This document shows, piece after piece, positions 1 to 9,428 of a DNA stretch of 64,000 nt (position 1 is the stretch's first letter; each line of letters opens with the position of its first letter). The DNA lies in NCBI GenBank assembly GCA_963815115.1, contig CAWFFN010000009.1, forward strand, positions 1,376,001 through 1,440,000, written 5' to 3'. The stretch is from an uncultured delta proteobacterium. Its GTDB lineage: Bacteria; Desulfobacterota; Binatia; DP-6. A program made the position numbers and the translations under genes. The notes below the pieces were generated by a model, which made no database searches, had not been told where the DNA came from, and was given only the letters and a program-made list of their open reading frames with translations.

Positions 1-249
1 GACCCAGAGCACCTGCCCCGCGTCGGCGGGGCTGGCGCACGCCGCGTCGATCGCGCGCATGTCGAGGCCCGCGGCGCGGAAGATCTCGAAGCTGCGCGCG
101 TTGACGACGTGCGCCGCCGGCGCCGACTGGGGCGATGAACGGCGCTCGACGATGCGGCTCGCGATGCCGAGCCGGGAGAGCAGGAGAGCGGCCGTCATTC
201 CTGCCGGACCGGCGCCCACGATCAGGACGGGAGCTTCGACGCGCGACAT
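1..249 (-). CDS. FAD-dependent monooxygenase (aromatic hydroxylase-like), 5' part, runs off the window
   Basis: Manual translation from ATG at 249: MSRVEAPVLIVGAGPAGMTAALLLSRLGIASRIVERR...AHVVNARSFEIFRAAG. It has the GxGxxG FAD motif and an N-terminus typical of FAD_binding_3 proteins. Not in the ORF track. Confidence 0.88.
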   Translation of the reverse strand, partial: MSRVEAPVLIVGAGPAGMTAALLLSRLGIASRIVERRSSPQSAPAAHVVNARSFEIFRAAGLDMRAIDAACASPADAGQVLWV

Positions 250-260
250 CGCGGAGGCGG

Positions 261-875
261 CTAGCGCAGCACGGCCTGGTCGTCGGCGATGCGGCGCGCG
301 ATCTCTGCACGCCACCCCTCGTACGGCTGGCAGTCACCGGTGGCGCGGCAGAGGTCCTCGGTGCGGCGGAGGATCTCGGCGTCGTCGAGCGAGAGATCGA
401 GGAACTCGCCGCACGGCTGGTGTACGTACCACGGGCTGTCGACGACGAACTCGAGGCCGTTGCCCTCGGGGTCGCGCGTGTAGAGCGACCACGAGTTGCC
501 GTGATTGATGGGGATGAAGTTCGTGTTTCCCTCGGCGGCGAGGCGCTCCTGCACGCGGCGCAGCGTGGCCAGATCGGCGAGCCGGAAGGTGAGCTGGAAG
601 ATGGCCGAGCCGAAGCTGCCGCCGAGCACCGGTCCGGCGAGGATCTCGCCCTCCGTCCGCCCCGACGCCAATACGAGTTGATGGTGCTCGGACGGATCGG
701 TGGTGAGGAAGACGAGGCGCGCCATCCCGCCCGGCACCTCGCCGCGATCGCTCACCGTCATGCCGAGGACGCGCGTGTAGAAGTCCTCCAGCCGGTCGAG
801 GTCGAAGCAGCTGAGTCCGACGTGGCTCAACGTGAGCTTCCTGCCGTCGACGTGTGCATCGGTTGCAGTCGTCAT
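261..875 (-). CDS. VOC/glyoxalase-superfamily protein (extradiol dioxygenase-like)
   Basis: Motifs LSHVGL..DLDRLEDFYTRVLG, HHQLVL and HGNSWSLYTRDPEGNGLEF. Start taken at ATG 875, after a GGAGA-like RBS. Confidence 0.85.
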   Translation of the reverse strand: MTTATDAHVDGRKLTLSHVGLSCFDLDRLEDFYTRVLGMTVSDRGEVPGGMARLVFLTTDPSEHHQLVLASGRTEGEILAGPVLGGSFGSAIFQLTFRLADLATLRRVQERLAAEGNTNFIPINHGNSWSLYTRDPEGNGLEFVVDSPWYVHQPCGEFLDLSLDDAEILRRTEDLCRATGDCQPYEGWRAEIARRIADDQAVLR

Positions 876-932
876 CGCATCTCTCCCGAGTCTCGCCACC
901 GGCTGTCAGCGCGGCGCAGCATGAGTTACTCG

Positions 933-947
933 GCCGTATAATACGGC
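933..947. promoter_or_regulatory. Palindromic operator candidate (GCCGTAT-A-ATACGGC) in the divergent VOC/TetR promoter
   Basis: Perfect 7-bp inverted repeat in an AT-rich intergenic region. It overlaps a TTGACT...TATTAT-like promoter on the minus strand. Confidence 0.55.
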
Positions 948-985
948 TTGCACGAATTAGTCAAGGGAGTAAATAGGGTTGTCGG

Positions 986-1678
986 ATGGCAGGGGCTCGG
1001 CAAACCGGCGATCGGGTCGAGGACGGCGCACGCGAACGCATCCTGGCCGCGGCGCTCGAGGTCTTCGCCGAGCGCGGCTTCGACGGCGCGCGCACGCGGG
1101 AGATCGCCGACCGGGCCGGCGCCAACCTGGGCCTGATCAAGTACTACTTCGATGGCAAGGAGCGCCTGTGGAGGGCTGCGGTGACACGCGCGTTCGCCGA
1201 GCTGCAAGCGGAGCTCGCGGAGGGCGCCCGGTCGAGCGATGACGACGATCCGCTCGCCTGGCTGGACCGCGTGGTCCGGCGGTTCGTCCACTTCGTCGCA
1301 CGGCATCCCGAGTTCATGCGGCTCATGAACGACGAGGGAAAGCGCGACGGCCGCCGCATGCGCTGGCTCGCGGATCGCTTCGTGCGGCCGATGAGCCAGG
1401 TGGTGAGCGCGCACCTCGATCGCGCGCAGGCGGAGGGCCTGGTGCCTCCGATCCCGTCGGTGACCCTGCGCTACATCGTGCTGGGCGCCGCGGGCCTGAT
1501 CTTCAGCCAGGCGCCCGAGTGCAAGTACGTCACCGGCGTCGATCCGACCGATCCGCAGTTCGCCGAGCGACACGCGGATGCGGTGCTCCAGCTGCTGACG
1601 GGCAGGGGAGGGCAGCCGCAATCGCCGAGAGCGGTGCGGAAGAGAGCGGCTTCGAAACGGCCTCGGTCGCGTGCGTGA
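986..1678 (+). CDS. TetR/AcrR family transcriptional regulator
   Basis: TetR HTH: RERILAAALEVFAERGFDGARTREIADRAGANLGLIKYYFDGKERLW. Confidence 0.93.
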   Translation: MAGARQTGDRVEDGARERILAAALEVFAERGFDGARTREIADRAGANLGLIKYYFDGKERLWRAAVTRAFAELQAELAEGARSSDDDDPLAWLDRVVRRFVHFVARHPEFMRLMNDEGKRDGRRMRWLADRFVRPMSQVVSAHLDRAQAEGLVPPIPSVTLRYIVLGAAGLIFSQAPECKYVTGVDPTDPQFAERHADAVLQLLTGRGGQPQSPRAVRKRAASKRPRSRA

Positions 1679-1732
1679 GCCGCCGGGCCCCGGCCCCATG
1701 CGGCGGTTGGCTGGAGATGGAGCGGACCATGC

Positions 1733-3181
1733 TCAGTGCGCCGCGACCTTTTCGACGTCGGGAAGCACCCAGGTCTTCTCGAACAGGGCCTTGGTGGGCG
1801 CATAGGCGCGGAACATGAGCTCGAACTTGCGCGCCGGGTCGGTCGGAACCCAGTTGCTGTCATTGCCCGCCGGCGCCGTCGGGCCGAAATAGAGGTCGAT
1901 CGAGCCGTCCGCGTTCTTCTGCAGCTCGGGAATCTGCGACGAACGGCTCGCGCGCGGCATGTTGCGGATCAGCGCATGGGTCTGGCGGTCGTAGGCGGTC
2001 ACGGACCAGTACTGCTCGACCGGTGCGTTGGGCGGCACGCTCAGGCGATAGGTCTTGCTGCCGTCGAACGCCTCGCCGGCCTTGTCTCTGATCGAGATCA
2101 AGTACATCTGTCCGACGCCCAGATGCTTGAGGCCGATGAACGCATAGCTGTAGGCGAGCCCGCGGCTGTCGACCGGATAGGTGTTCGGGTCGGCATACCC
2201 ATCCTGCGCCGCCTTGACGAGGTCGGGAGGGGCCGGGAACGTCCACCGGCTGTTCGCGGAGAAGTACGGCGGAAGGCCGGCATCGTACTTCTGCTCGAGC
2301 CATGCGCCGGCGTCGCGCGCTGCTGACGTCAGCCGCGCCTTGGTCGCATCGTCGGGTTGGAACGGCTTGCCCTTCTCGATGCCGAGCGACTTGAGCTGGT
2401 CGATCATCGCGCGGTCGCGTTGCAGCCAGGGCTCGTTCTGCACGATCCGGTCGAGGTGCTCGAAGAAGCTCGCGTCGTAGCGGATCGTGGAGTCGAAGGT
2501 GACGTCCTTCACGTCGGTGAAGACGGTTGCGGGCGGATTGGCCGCCTGCGCGAGCGGATAGACCTTGACCTTCCTGCCGTACGCGATCGACTTCGCGACA
2601 TCCGCATCGCCGTGGCTGGCGAGGTTCGAGCGGATCAGGGCATAGCCGCCGAACGTGTCGGATTGCAGCGGGATGTATCCCTTGGGCGGCATGCCCTTGT
2701 AGCCCGGCGGGAGAATCAGAAACTTGCCGCCCCTGCCCTTGTCCACACCGAGCAAGCCCGCGTCTTCGAGCGGCATCTGCCACACGGTGACGATGTTGCC
2801 GTTGAACGATCCGTTCTTGTCCCCGGGCGGCAGGTCGAGCACGCTCGGCCCGTCCTTCGTGTCGAAGAACGTCATGAAGTAGAGCGCGTCGGGATTGGGT
2901 GTGAGCGTCTGGTTGTTCGAGTCGAGCGGACGACCCCAGTAGATGACCTGCCCGACCTTGCCCGCCGCCTTGGTGAGCATCTCCTGAAGCATCAGATCGT
3001 AGTTGACCGCGGGCATGCCCCAGATGACCGCCTCGACGGCACGCCGCTGCAGCGCGCGCTCGGCCAGCTCCGCCGAACTGAAATGCGAATCGGATGGCTG
3101 CTCCTGGGCACCGGCGGCGTTCGTCAGCCCGGTGAACAGGACGCCGGTGAGCAGCGCTGCGGTGGCCAGAGTCGTTCGCAT
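1733..3181 (-). CDS. Secreted DUF1254/DUF1214 domain protein
   Basis: Signal peptide, plus RRAVEAVIWGMPAVN, TPNPDALY, PPNAPVEQYWSVTAYD and NADGSIDLYFGP..NWVPT motifs. Confidence 0.9.
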   Translation of the reverse strand: MRTTLATAALLTGVLFTGLTNAAGAQEQPSDSHFSSAELAERALQRRAVEAVIWGMPAVNYDLMLQEMLTKAAGKVGQVIYWGRPLDSNNQTLTPNPDALYFMTFFDTKDGPSVLDLPPGDKNGSFNGNIVTVWQMPLEDAGLLGVDKGRGGKFLILPPGYKGMPPKGYIPLQSDTFGGYALIRSNLASHGDADVAKSIAYGRKVKVYPLAQAANPPATVFTDVKDVTFDSTIRYDASFFEHLDRIVQNEPWLQRDRAMIDQLKSLGIEKGKPFQPDDATKARLTSAARDAGAWLEQKYDAGLPPYFSANSRWTFPAPPDLVKAAQDGYADPNTYPVDSRGLAYSYAFIGLKHLGVGQMYLISIRDKAGEAFDGSKTYRLSVPPNAPVEQYWSVTAYDRQTHALIRNMPRASRSSQIPELQKNADGSIDLYFGPTAPAGNDSNWVPTDPARKFELMFRAYAPTKALFEKTWVLPDVEKVAAH

Positions 3182-3333
3182 GGTGTTCCCTTCTTTGCCC
3201 CGTGACGTGGCGACCGGTGGTTCGAGAGGCAGATACTACCGATGGTCGAGGACGGAATCACGGTGCCGGTGGACCACCTCTCGAGTGCGGCTGCGCGGTT
3301 GACAGCCGCCGAGGCCCCTCCGATGCTTTGCTC

Positions 3334-4287
3334 GTGCTGACGCTCGGGGTCCAGACCTGGGGCACGGACGTCGCGTCCCTTCAACGATATTGGGCGGCTG
3401 CCGAAGCGCTCGGCTACGATCGTGTCGTCTACGGCGACGGGCTCTGGCCGTGGACGTGTGACGGGTGGACGATGCTGGGCGCACTGGCCGTGCAGACGCG
3501 GAGGGTGCGCATCGGTCCCGCCGTGACGTACGCCATCGATCCGTCGTCGCACCACCCGTCATGGCTGGCGAAGCGCGCGACCACCGTCGATCAGCTCTCG
3601 AACGGCCGACTCGATCTGCGGCTGGGCATCGGAGCAGACGACGACGCGACCATGGACCTGTGGGAGAGTCATGGCGTTCCATATCCGCCGCGGGCCGAGC
3701 GCGTGGTCCGTCTCGCGGAAGCGGTCGAGATCATTCGCGCGCTCTGGCAGGGCGGCCCCGTCGATCGACGCGGGCGGTTCGGCGACCTCGTCGGCGCGGT
3801 CGGGGGACCGCCCCCGGTGCAGCGTCCTGGGCCGCCAGTATGGATCGCGGCCATGAGTGAACAGGCGCTGGCGCTGGTGGCCCGACTGGCCGATGGCTGG
3901 GAGGCGTCCTATCTGTCTCCCGCCGGGTTCGCACGGTGCTGGCGGGAGCTTCGCCGCCTCCTCGCGGCCGAGCGCCGCCGTCCCGAGAGCGTGCGCCGCT
4001 CGATCGAGGTCGACGTCGTGCTCGGCCAGTCCATGGCTGACGCCACGCTCGCTCTCGGGCGGTTTTGCGCTGCGCGCGGTATCGATCGGTACCATCGCCT
4101 CGTGGCCACGCTACTCGCCGGGGACGCGACGGCGGTGCAGCAGGCCGCGAGGGCCTACGAAGCGGCAGGTGCGACCGACCTGCTGCTCGGCTTTGCCGAC
4201 TTTCCTGCGACCGACATGTTGGAGGCGTTCGCGGCGACGGTGGTCCCCGCCCTGCGTGCCCAGGCAGCCGAGGCGAGCGTTCGGTGA
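3334..4287 (+). CDS. LLM-class flavin-dependent oxidoreductase
   Basis: Motifs AEALGYD, DGWTMLGALAVQTRRVRIG, LAKRATTVDQLSNGRLDLRLG and PVQRPGPPVWIA. GTG start at 3334 is inferred. Confidence 0.88.
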   Translation: MLTLGVQTWGTDVASLQRYWAAAEALGYDRVVYGDGLWPWTCDGWTMLGALAVQTRRVRIGPAVTYAIDPSSHHPSWLAKRATTVDQLSNGRLDLRLGIGADDDATMDLWESHGVPYPPRAERVVRLAEAVEIIRALWQGGPVDRRGRFGDLVGAVGGPPPVQRPGPPVWIAAMSEQALALVARLADGWEASYLSPAGFARCWRELRRLLAAERRRPESVRRSIEVDVVLGQSMADATLALGRFCAARGIDRYHRLVATLLAGDATAVQQAARAYEAAGATDLLLGFADFPATDMLEAFAATVVPALRAQAAEASVR

Positions 4288-4353
4288 CCCCCCAGATTCG
4301 GATCACGCACCTGTTTCGTCCCCGGCTACATGGCACCAGGGGTTGCCCCGGCC

Positions 4354-4480
4354 ACGAACCGGACAGCGAGTGGCCGCAGGCCCCCGGCGGGGACGAGAAG
4401 CTGACGACCGCACTGCTCGAGCGGATCGCGCACCAGGGCGACGCTCGTCACCACACACGCGGCGCAGTTTCCGGCCCAGG
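4354..4480 (+). pseudogene. Degraded IS21-family IstB ATPase C-terminal remnant
   Basis: Translates as TN..SEWPQAPGGDEKLTTALLERIAH, close to the IstB motif TNLxFSEWxxVFGDxKLTTALLDRLxHH. No start codon, and neighbouring frames are broken. Confidence 0.6.
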
Positions 4481-4888
4481 CACCGTGACGGCAGACCCCA
4501 CGACGTTCCTCCGCCCTCGCTGGAGGCCGCCTACCTGTCGCGATGTGGCGGACTGCTTGCGACGGGAGCCGGTGTTCAACGACGCAGCCGGTCCAAGGGT
4601 GCACGGGAAGCGCGAACATGGCCCCGAGCCACTCCACCAGGCCACCCGCCACCGCGCTGCTGCCCCGGTGAACGATGGGGCGCGCGGCCGCCTCGCAAAA
4701 GAACGGGTACGGAGCCAGAGCACCCCCAAAAACACCAGCCGCCAGCCATCTGCACTTGCCGCGGTCAAATGCCTCGCACTATGGTGCACCCCGTTCCGCT
4801 ACTCCTGGCCAGGAGACACCGCCGCGTCGGCTTCTGGTTATCATAGTAAGCTAGCTGACCTCCGGCGCTCTTGGGGAGACGCACATCG

Positions 4889-5905
4889 ATGAACTCGAAG
4901 CTCAAGGTCCTTGCCGTATTGCTTCTCGCGCCCGCACTGATGGGAGGCTGTCCCTATGGGATGAATGCCTCCTACTCGGGGTACCCCTTCACGAACGACT
5001 ATCACCTCTCGATAGCGAGCTCGTACCTGATCCCATCGATTCGCATCACCGTGCGCTGGGACGTCGTCCAACCATACTCAGCAGCGGATTTCGACATCTC
5101 ATCGCTAACACCTCTGGTCGATGCCGCGGTCGCCAGGCACATGCAAATTCTCATGGTCTTCCAGCAGGCCACCACCCCAGGGTGGGCTCGAGGCAGCAAG
5201 AACCGCAACTGCTCGAACAACAAGCCCGAAGCGTATCCTCCGAAGAACGACACTGATTTCGGGACTTTCGCCGGCAGGATCGCCCTCGCATTCAAGGGCA
5301 AGATCGAAGCCTAGGAGATCATGGCCGAGGTCAACCGCTGCTTTGGTTGGCAAGGTACACAAGGCGGGTTTGTCAGTAAGGTTCTCACACCTGCGTTCGA
5401 CGCGATTCGGGCACAGGACCCGGCCGCAAAGATCGTCGCCCCTGGCTTGCACAATGCTACGAACTTCAACGACTGGATAGCCTATGAGAAGAATCACAAG
5501 CACTACCTCTGGAGAGCGTTCGACTTTATCGCCATCCATGCGTACGGCGAGGTCGGCGCCAACAAGGGCTGGATCGACCAGGCGGCTCAGTACAACGTGT
5601 GCACCGAGGATGGTCATTGCCCGGCGGGCTTCTGGATCACGGAGTACGGCAACTTCAAGGACGATGACTCCTTCTCAAACCCGAATTGCAAGAACCGCGA
5701 ACGCTCGCCGGACCCGGGTGGCGAGGCGCTGGCCACGCTTCAGCACTGCTTAGACACCCCGAAGTGCAAAAAGGCCTTCTACTGGAATCTCAACGAGAAG
5801 GACGATTTCTGCGGTCTTGGAGTCATCGATGGAGCAGGCGCAGTAAGACCAGAATACCAAGGGTTCTTGAACTTCATGAAGGCCAATCCCGTCGACAGGC
5901 CTTGA
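4889..5905 (+). pseudogene. Lipoprotein-type clan GH-A glycoside hydrolase (GH39/GH5-like) interrupted by an in-frame TAG at 5312-5314
   Basis: ORFs 4871-5314 and 5321-5905 are in the same frame. The junction reads KGKIEA*EIMAEVN (compare xYEIWNEPN). Also IRAQDPAAKIVAPGL, FDFIAIHAY, FWITEYG and a lipobox-like LMGGC. GC is lower than the flanks. Confidence 0.75.
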
Positions 5906-6470
5906 GAAAGACCCGCCTGCGAAGCATCTTGGTCGTCCCGTCCTCACGGGGATGGTCCGCTCGCTGTTGAACGCGCCAGAGCGGCGGCTCGGATGCTGGG
6001 CGCTACGCGACCTCCTTTCGGCTGTCCAGAGTCTGGCGATCGAGCGCGCGGATGAATGCGGGGAGCTCGGTGATCTGCCGGCCTCGCCAACGTACACGTG
6101 CGAGTCGTACAGCCGGCCTTTCTCGACGGGCCCTACGAGCAGCTTCCGGAGGTGTCGATGATCAAACAGAAGGCCGCAGTGGTAGCGGCGGGGGTAGCCA
6201 GTGCCGACGAGGACGACACGGCACATGCTGAGTTGCTGGCGTTCAGCGCCGACGGCACCACTCTCGTCGCGGCACCGAGGATGATCCAAGCCTGGGCTCG
6301 GTCCGTAGGGCCTCACATGCCGCACGGGCCGTCGCGACTCAGCGCATGGCGGGTGGCGCACGCGGCTCTCCCGACGTGCTTGCGTTCCAGTCCGTTTCCG
6401 GGCGACAAGAACCGGCCGTGCTCCCGGTCGGCTCCCTCCGGGCGCGCGACATCTTTCCCGGGAAGGACGC

Positions 6471-7871
6471 ATGACGCTCAAGAAGGTGCTCATCACTGTC
6501 GCGAAGACGGTCGTCACCGTCGCCATCTTCGTGTCGCTGTTCGTGGAGATCGGGGGTGGGACGGTCGCGGTGTCTCGCACGGGCTTTGCAGACGGCTCGA
6601 TCTTCTACCGCGCGAATCCCGCCGCACCGGGCATCGTCGGACGCCTGAAGGCGCGCCTCACGGGCGCGGCGCTGCCCGATCCCTACACGCCCCTCCCGGG
6701 CGACCAGGTCTGCACGCTCGCGGTCGAGGGCGCCCCGGTGTTCGTTCGCACCGAGACGGGGGCGATCGTGAAGCTCCGCGCCCTGCACCATTGCGTGGAC
6801 GGACACCTCGGGCTCGTCCTCGCCGGCCCTCGCGACGAGCGCAAGGTCCCGCTGGCGGACGCCACCGGCGCGACGGTCTGGGTGGAAAAGCAAGGCGTGC
6901 AGCGGGTGCCCATGACCGTCGGCGACCTCTGGGCCGAGGTGCGCGGGCTCGACCTCTCGGTCTTCCTGCCGTGGCTGCTGTTCGCCACCTTCATCAAGTT
7001 CCTCGGCATCATGGCCAACATCGTGCGCTGGCAGGTGCTGCTCGCGGGACAGGATCTCCACTTCGGGTTCGGGTGGCTCACCGCGAGCTACTTCGTCGGT
7101 CGCTTCTTCGGCATCGTCATGCCCTCCACGCTCGGCCTCGACGGCTGGCGGCTCTACGACACGATTCGCATCTCGCGGAAGCCGGTCGAGTGCACCACGG
7201 TGCTCGCCGTCGAGCGCGTGACGGGCCTCGTCGGGCTCCTGGCGTCCATCCTGCTCTTCATGCCATTCGCCGACCTGCAGGGTCGGGGCATCGCCGACGT
7301 CCTGCAGTCGATGGCGGTCCCCCTCGGCGCCGTGGTCCTGTTCGGGTTCCTGCTGCTGCTGCGGCCCGAGCTGTTCGCGCCGCTCATCAGGCTGGTGCCG
7401 ATTGCCAGGCTGCGCCGTTTCCTCGAGAGCGCCATCCGCAGCGCGACGGCCTACTCGAGCAAACGCAGTGCGCTCGTCATCGCGCTGCTGTGCGCGGTCA
7501 TCGGCCAGGTCACCACGATGACCATGTACTTCGGGAATGCCATGGCGCTGCAGGTCGAAGGGGTCACCATGCTGCAGGTCTTCTACGCCGCAGCGGTCAT
7601 GACGCTCTTCACCTTCATCATCCCGACCGCCGCGGGGGAAGGCGTGCGCGAGTTCATGTTCGTCGATCTGCTCGGCGGCCGCATTCCTACCGCCAAGGCG
7701 TTCCTCATCGGGCACGTCGGCTTCTGGATCGAGAAGCTCCTCCTCTCCTTCCAGGGCGGCATCTTCCTCCTCTGGGCGCCCAAGTCGTATCAGCGCGTCA
7801 CGCGGGAGGACCTCGAACGCCTGAAGGAGGAAACGGCGAGCGAGCAGGCGGCCCGCGTCACCGCCGCGTGA
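6471..7871 (+). CDS. Lysylphosphatidylglycerol-synthase TM / flippase-like (UPF0104) membrane protein with an extra N-terminal soluble insert
   Basis: RWQVLL, YFVGRFFGIVMPSTLGLDGWR, VERVTGL and PTAAGEGVRE motifs, with multiple TM helices. Confidence 0.8.
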   Translation: MTLKKVLITVAKTVVTVAIFVSLFVEIGGGTVAVSRTGFADGSIFYRANPAAPGIVGRLKARLTGAALPDPYTPLPGDQVCTLAVEGAPVFVRTETGAIVKLRALHHCVDGHLGLVLAGPRDERKVPLADATGATVWVEKQGVQRVPMTVGDLWAEVRGLDLSVFLPWLLFATFIKFLGIMANIVRWQVLLAGQDLHFGFGWLTASYFVGRFFGIVMPSTLGLDGWRLYDTIRISRKPVECTTVLAVERVTGLVGLLASILLFMPFADLQGRGIADVLQSMAVPLGAVVLFGFLLLLRPELFAPLIRLVPIARLRRFLESAIRSATAYSSKRSALVIALLCAVIGQVTTMTMYFGNAMALQVEGVTMLQVFYAAAVMTLFTFIIPTAAGEGVREFMFVDLLGGRIPTAKAFLIGHVGFWIEKLLLSFQGGIFLLWAPKSYQRVTREDLERLKEETASEQAARVTAA

Positions 7872-7879
7872 CCGGGGCA

Positions 7880-8020
7880 GCGCGGCGCCGCGCCAAAACG
7901 GAAGGCGTGAAGGCGTGGATCGATCCAGAGGGATACCGGCGTTTCATCGCCGGGAAGCGACGCGCTTTCGAAGACGAGGTCGACAAGGAACTTGGAGCCC
8001 CGACGAGTGCGGCGAAGTGA
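7880..8020 (+). pseudogene. C-terminal remnant resembling a subclass B3 metallo-beta-lactamase
   Basis: RRRAKTEGVKAWIDPEGYRRFIAGKRRAFEDEVDKELG* resembles the xxxIDPxGY C-terminal helix of B3 MBLs (recalled, not searched). No start codon or catalytic part. Confidence 0.55.
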
Positions 8021-8183
8021 ACTGCCCCCGAGCCGGCCCACGTGCCCCTCGGGGAAGTTCGGGCCGTGCTGGAAACGGTCGTGCAGCCAGTGCGCGATCA
8101 ATGCACGATAGACGTCCGTTTCAGCCTCATCCCTTCGCCCTTCTGCCAGGAGCCGCGCCTTCGAGCTCATGTGCGCACGGGCG

Positions 8184-8395
8184 AAGAGCTCTGGGGCGCC
8201 CGCATGCTGCACGACGTCATCGACCGCCCCAATACAGGTGCACGGCGCCCGCGGCGTGACGGGCGGTACGCCGCTCGAGTTCATGTACCGCGAAGCGCGC
8301 GACGCCGTCTCTACGACGGCCCGACGAGGTGCACCGCATGGTCGTCGCCCGCCGCCTGCCGAAGGACCCGGTCGCCGGCACGCCCTGGGCGCGAC
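8184..8395 (+). pseudogene. Acyl-CoA dehydrogenase C-terminal remnant (frameshifted)
   Basis: Stitching frames gives GARMLHDVIDR-IQVHGARGVTGGTPLEFMYREAR-LYDGPDEVHRMVVARRL, the ACAD C-terminal signature. Confidence 0.75.
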
Positions 8396-8406
8396 GTGGG
8401 CGCCGG

Positions 8407-9180
8407 TCAGGGGGGCGGGGGCTGCGCTTGCTCGGCGCGCAGGCGATCGAGCAGCGCCACGTAGGACTGCGGGCCGAGCGTGAGGGCGCCACGAAACGGC
8501 GTCTGCGTCTCGTGAATCAGGATCAGCGTCGAGCAGATGGTGGCCGCGAGCGCGCCCGCGATCACCCGGTGCGTGCGGACGCTCTCCATCCCGAACAGGT
8601 AGGTGAAGGCGACCGTGACGATGCCGAACACCACCAGGTAGCCCCACACGATGGCGGGAACGTTCCGGTTGGCGAACAGCACGCGCTCGCGTCGCGCCGT
8701 GCTGAGCGCATCCATCTGCTCGACGGTCGTCTGCCAGAGGGAGGTCTGCTTGTCGCCGTGCAGCTCGATGCCGAGCACGGCCGTCCACAGCCGGGCGTAC
8801 TCGTCCCAGCCTTCCGAGCTGGCCTCGGCGCGCTCCATCGCCGGCCACTCGTCCTGGATCACGATGCGCAGGTAGTCGGCGAGAGCCGTGCGCAGGCGGG
8901 CGGCGTCCGCCGGCGAGAAGCCCTGCGCGTGCCGGCTCAGGTTGCCGGCGGCATCGACCTCCATCTCGAGGGTGTGCCTGACGTTCTCGAACTGCTCCCA
9001 CGAGTCCACCAGCACGAACGCGAGGATGACGCCGTACAGCGTCGCCAGCACGGCGTAGGCGATCCCGGCGACCTCGTGCTGCTTGCGCAGGGCGTCCAGC
9101 GACACGCGACGTTCCACCACCACCAGGCCGAGGACGGCGAGCGTCACTGCCAGAACCAGGACGACGAGTTCGGTCAGCAC
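8407..9180 (-). CDS. DUF4239 family membrane protein
   Basis: Motifs LYGVILAFVLVDSWEQF, YLRIVIQDEWPAM, LSTARRERV and PFRGALTLGP, with 4 TM helices. Confidence 0.85.
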   Translation of the reverse strand: MLTELVVLVLAVTLAVLGLVVVERRVSLDALRKQHEVAGIAYAVLATLYGVILAFVLVDSWEQFENVRHTLEMEVDAAGNLSRHAQGFSPADAARLRTALADYLRIVIQDEWPAMERAEASSEGWDEYARLWTAVLGIELHGDKQTSLWQTTVEQMDALSTARRERVLFANRNVPAIVWGYLVVFGIVTVAFTYLFGMESVRTHRVIAGALAATICSTLILIHETQTPFRGALTLGPQSYVALLDRLRAEQAQPPPP

Positions 9181-9428
9181 GATTCCCTACCGCTCTTATT
9201 CACCCATTCCACGACGCTCGATAGCATCGCGGCTGCGAAAGGACGACGTGGGCGATCACGAATCGACGACGGGTGAGCGCGATCCGGCACGGAATGGGCC
9301 TGCCGTTCCAGGGGAGCCCGTGGCGGTCCCCGCGAGAGTGGGGTAGTCACGGGGCGCGACGCACTCGGAGGCGCGCCGGGTCTCCAGCACGCTTTGGGCG
9401 GGCCGCTTCACGGGTGCAGAGCAGGGAG

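Noticed and set aside
5906-6460. Possible small genes or remnants between the glycoside hydrolase and the flippase-like gene
   Set aside because: No recognisable motif, RBS or consistent frame, so no call can be supported.
6098-8020. 640-aa ORF overlapping the flippase-like gene
   Set aside because: Off-frame Arg/Gly-rich shadow ORF typical of high-GC DNA. Only its last ~46 codons look like real (remnant) coding sequence.
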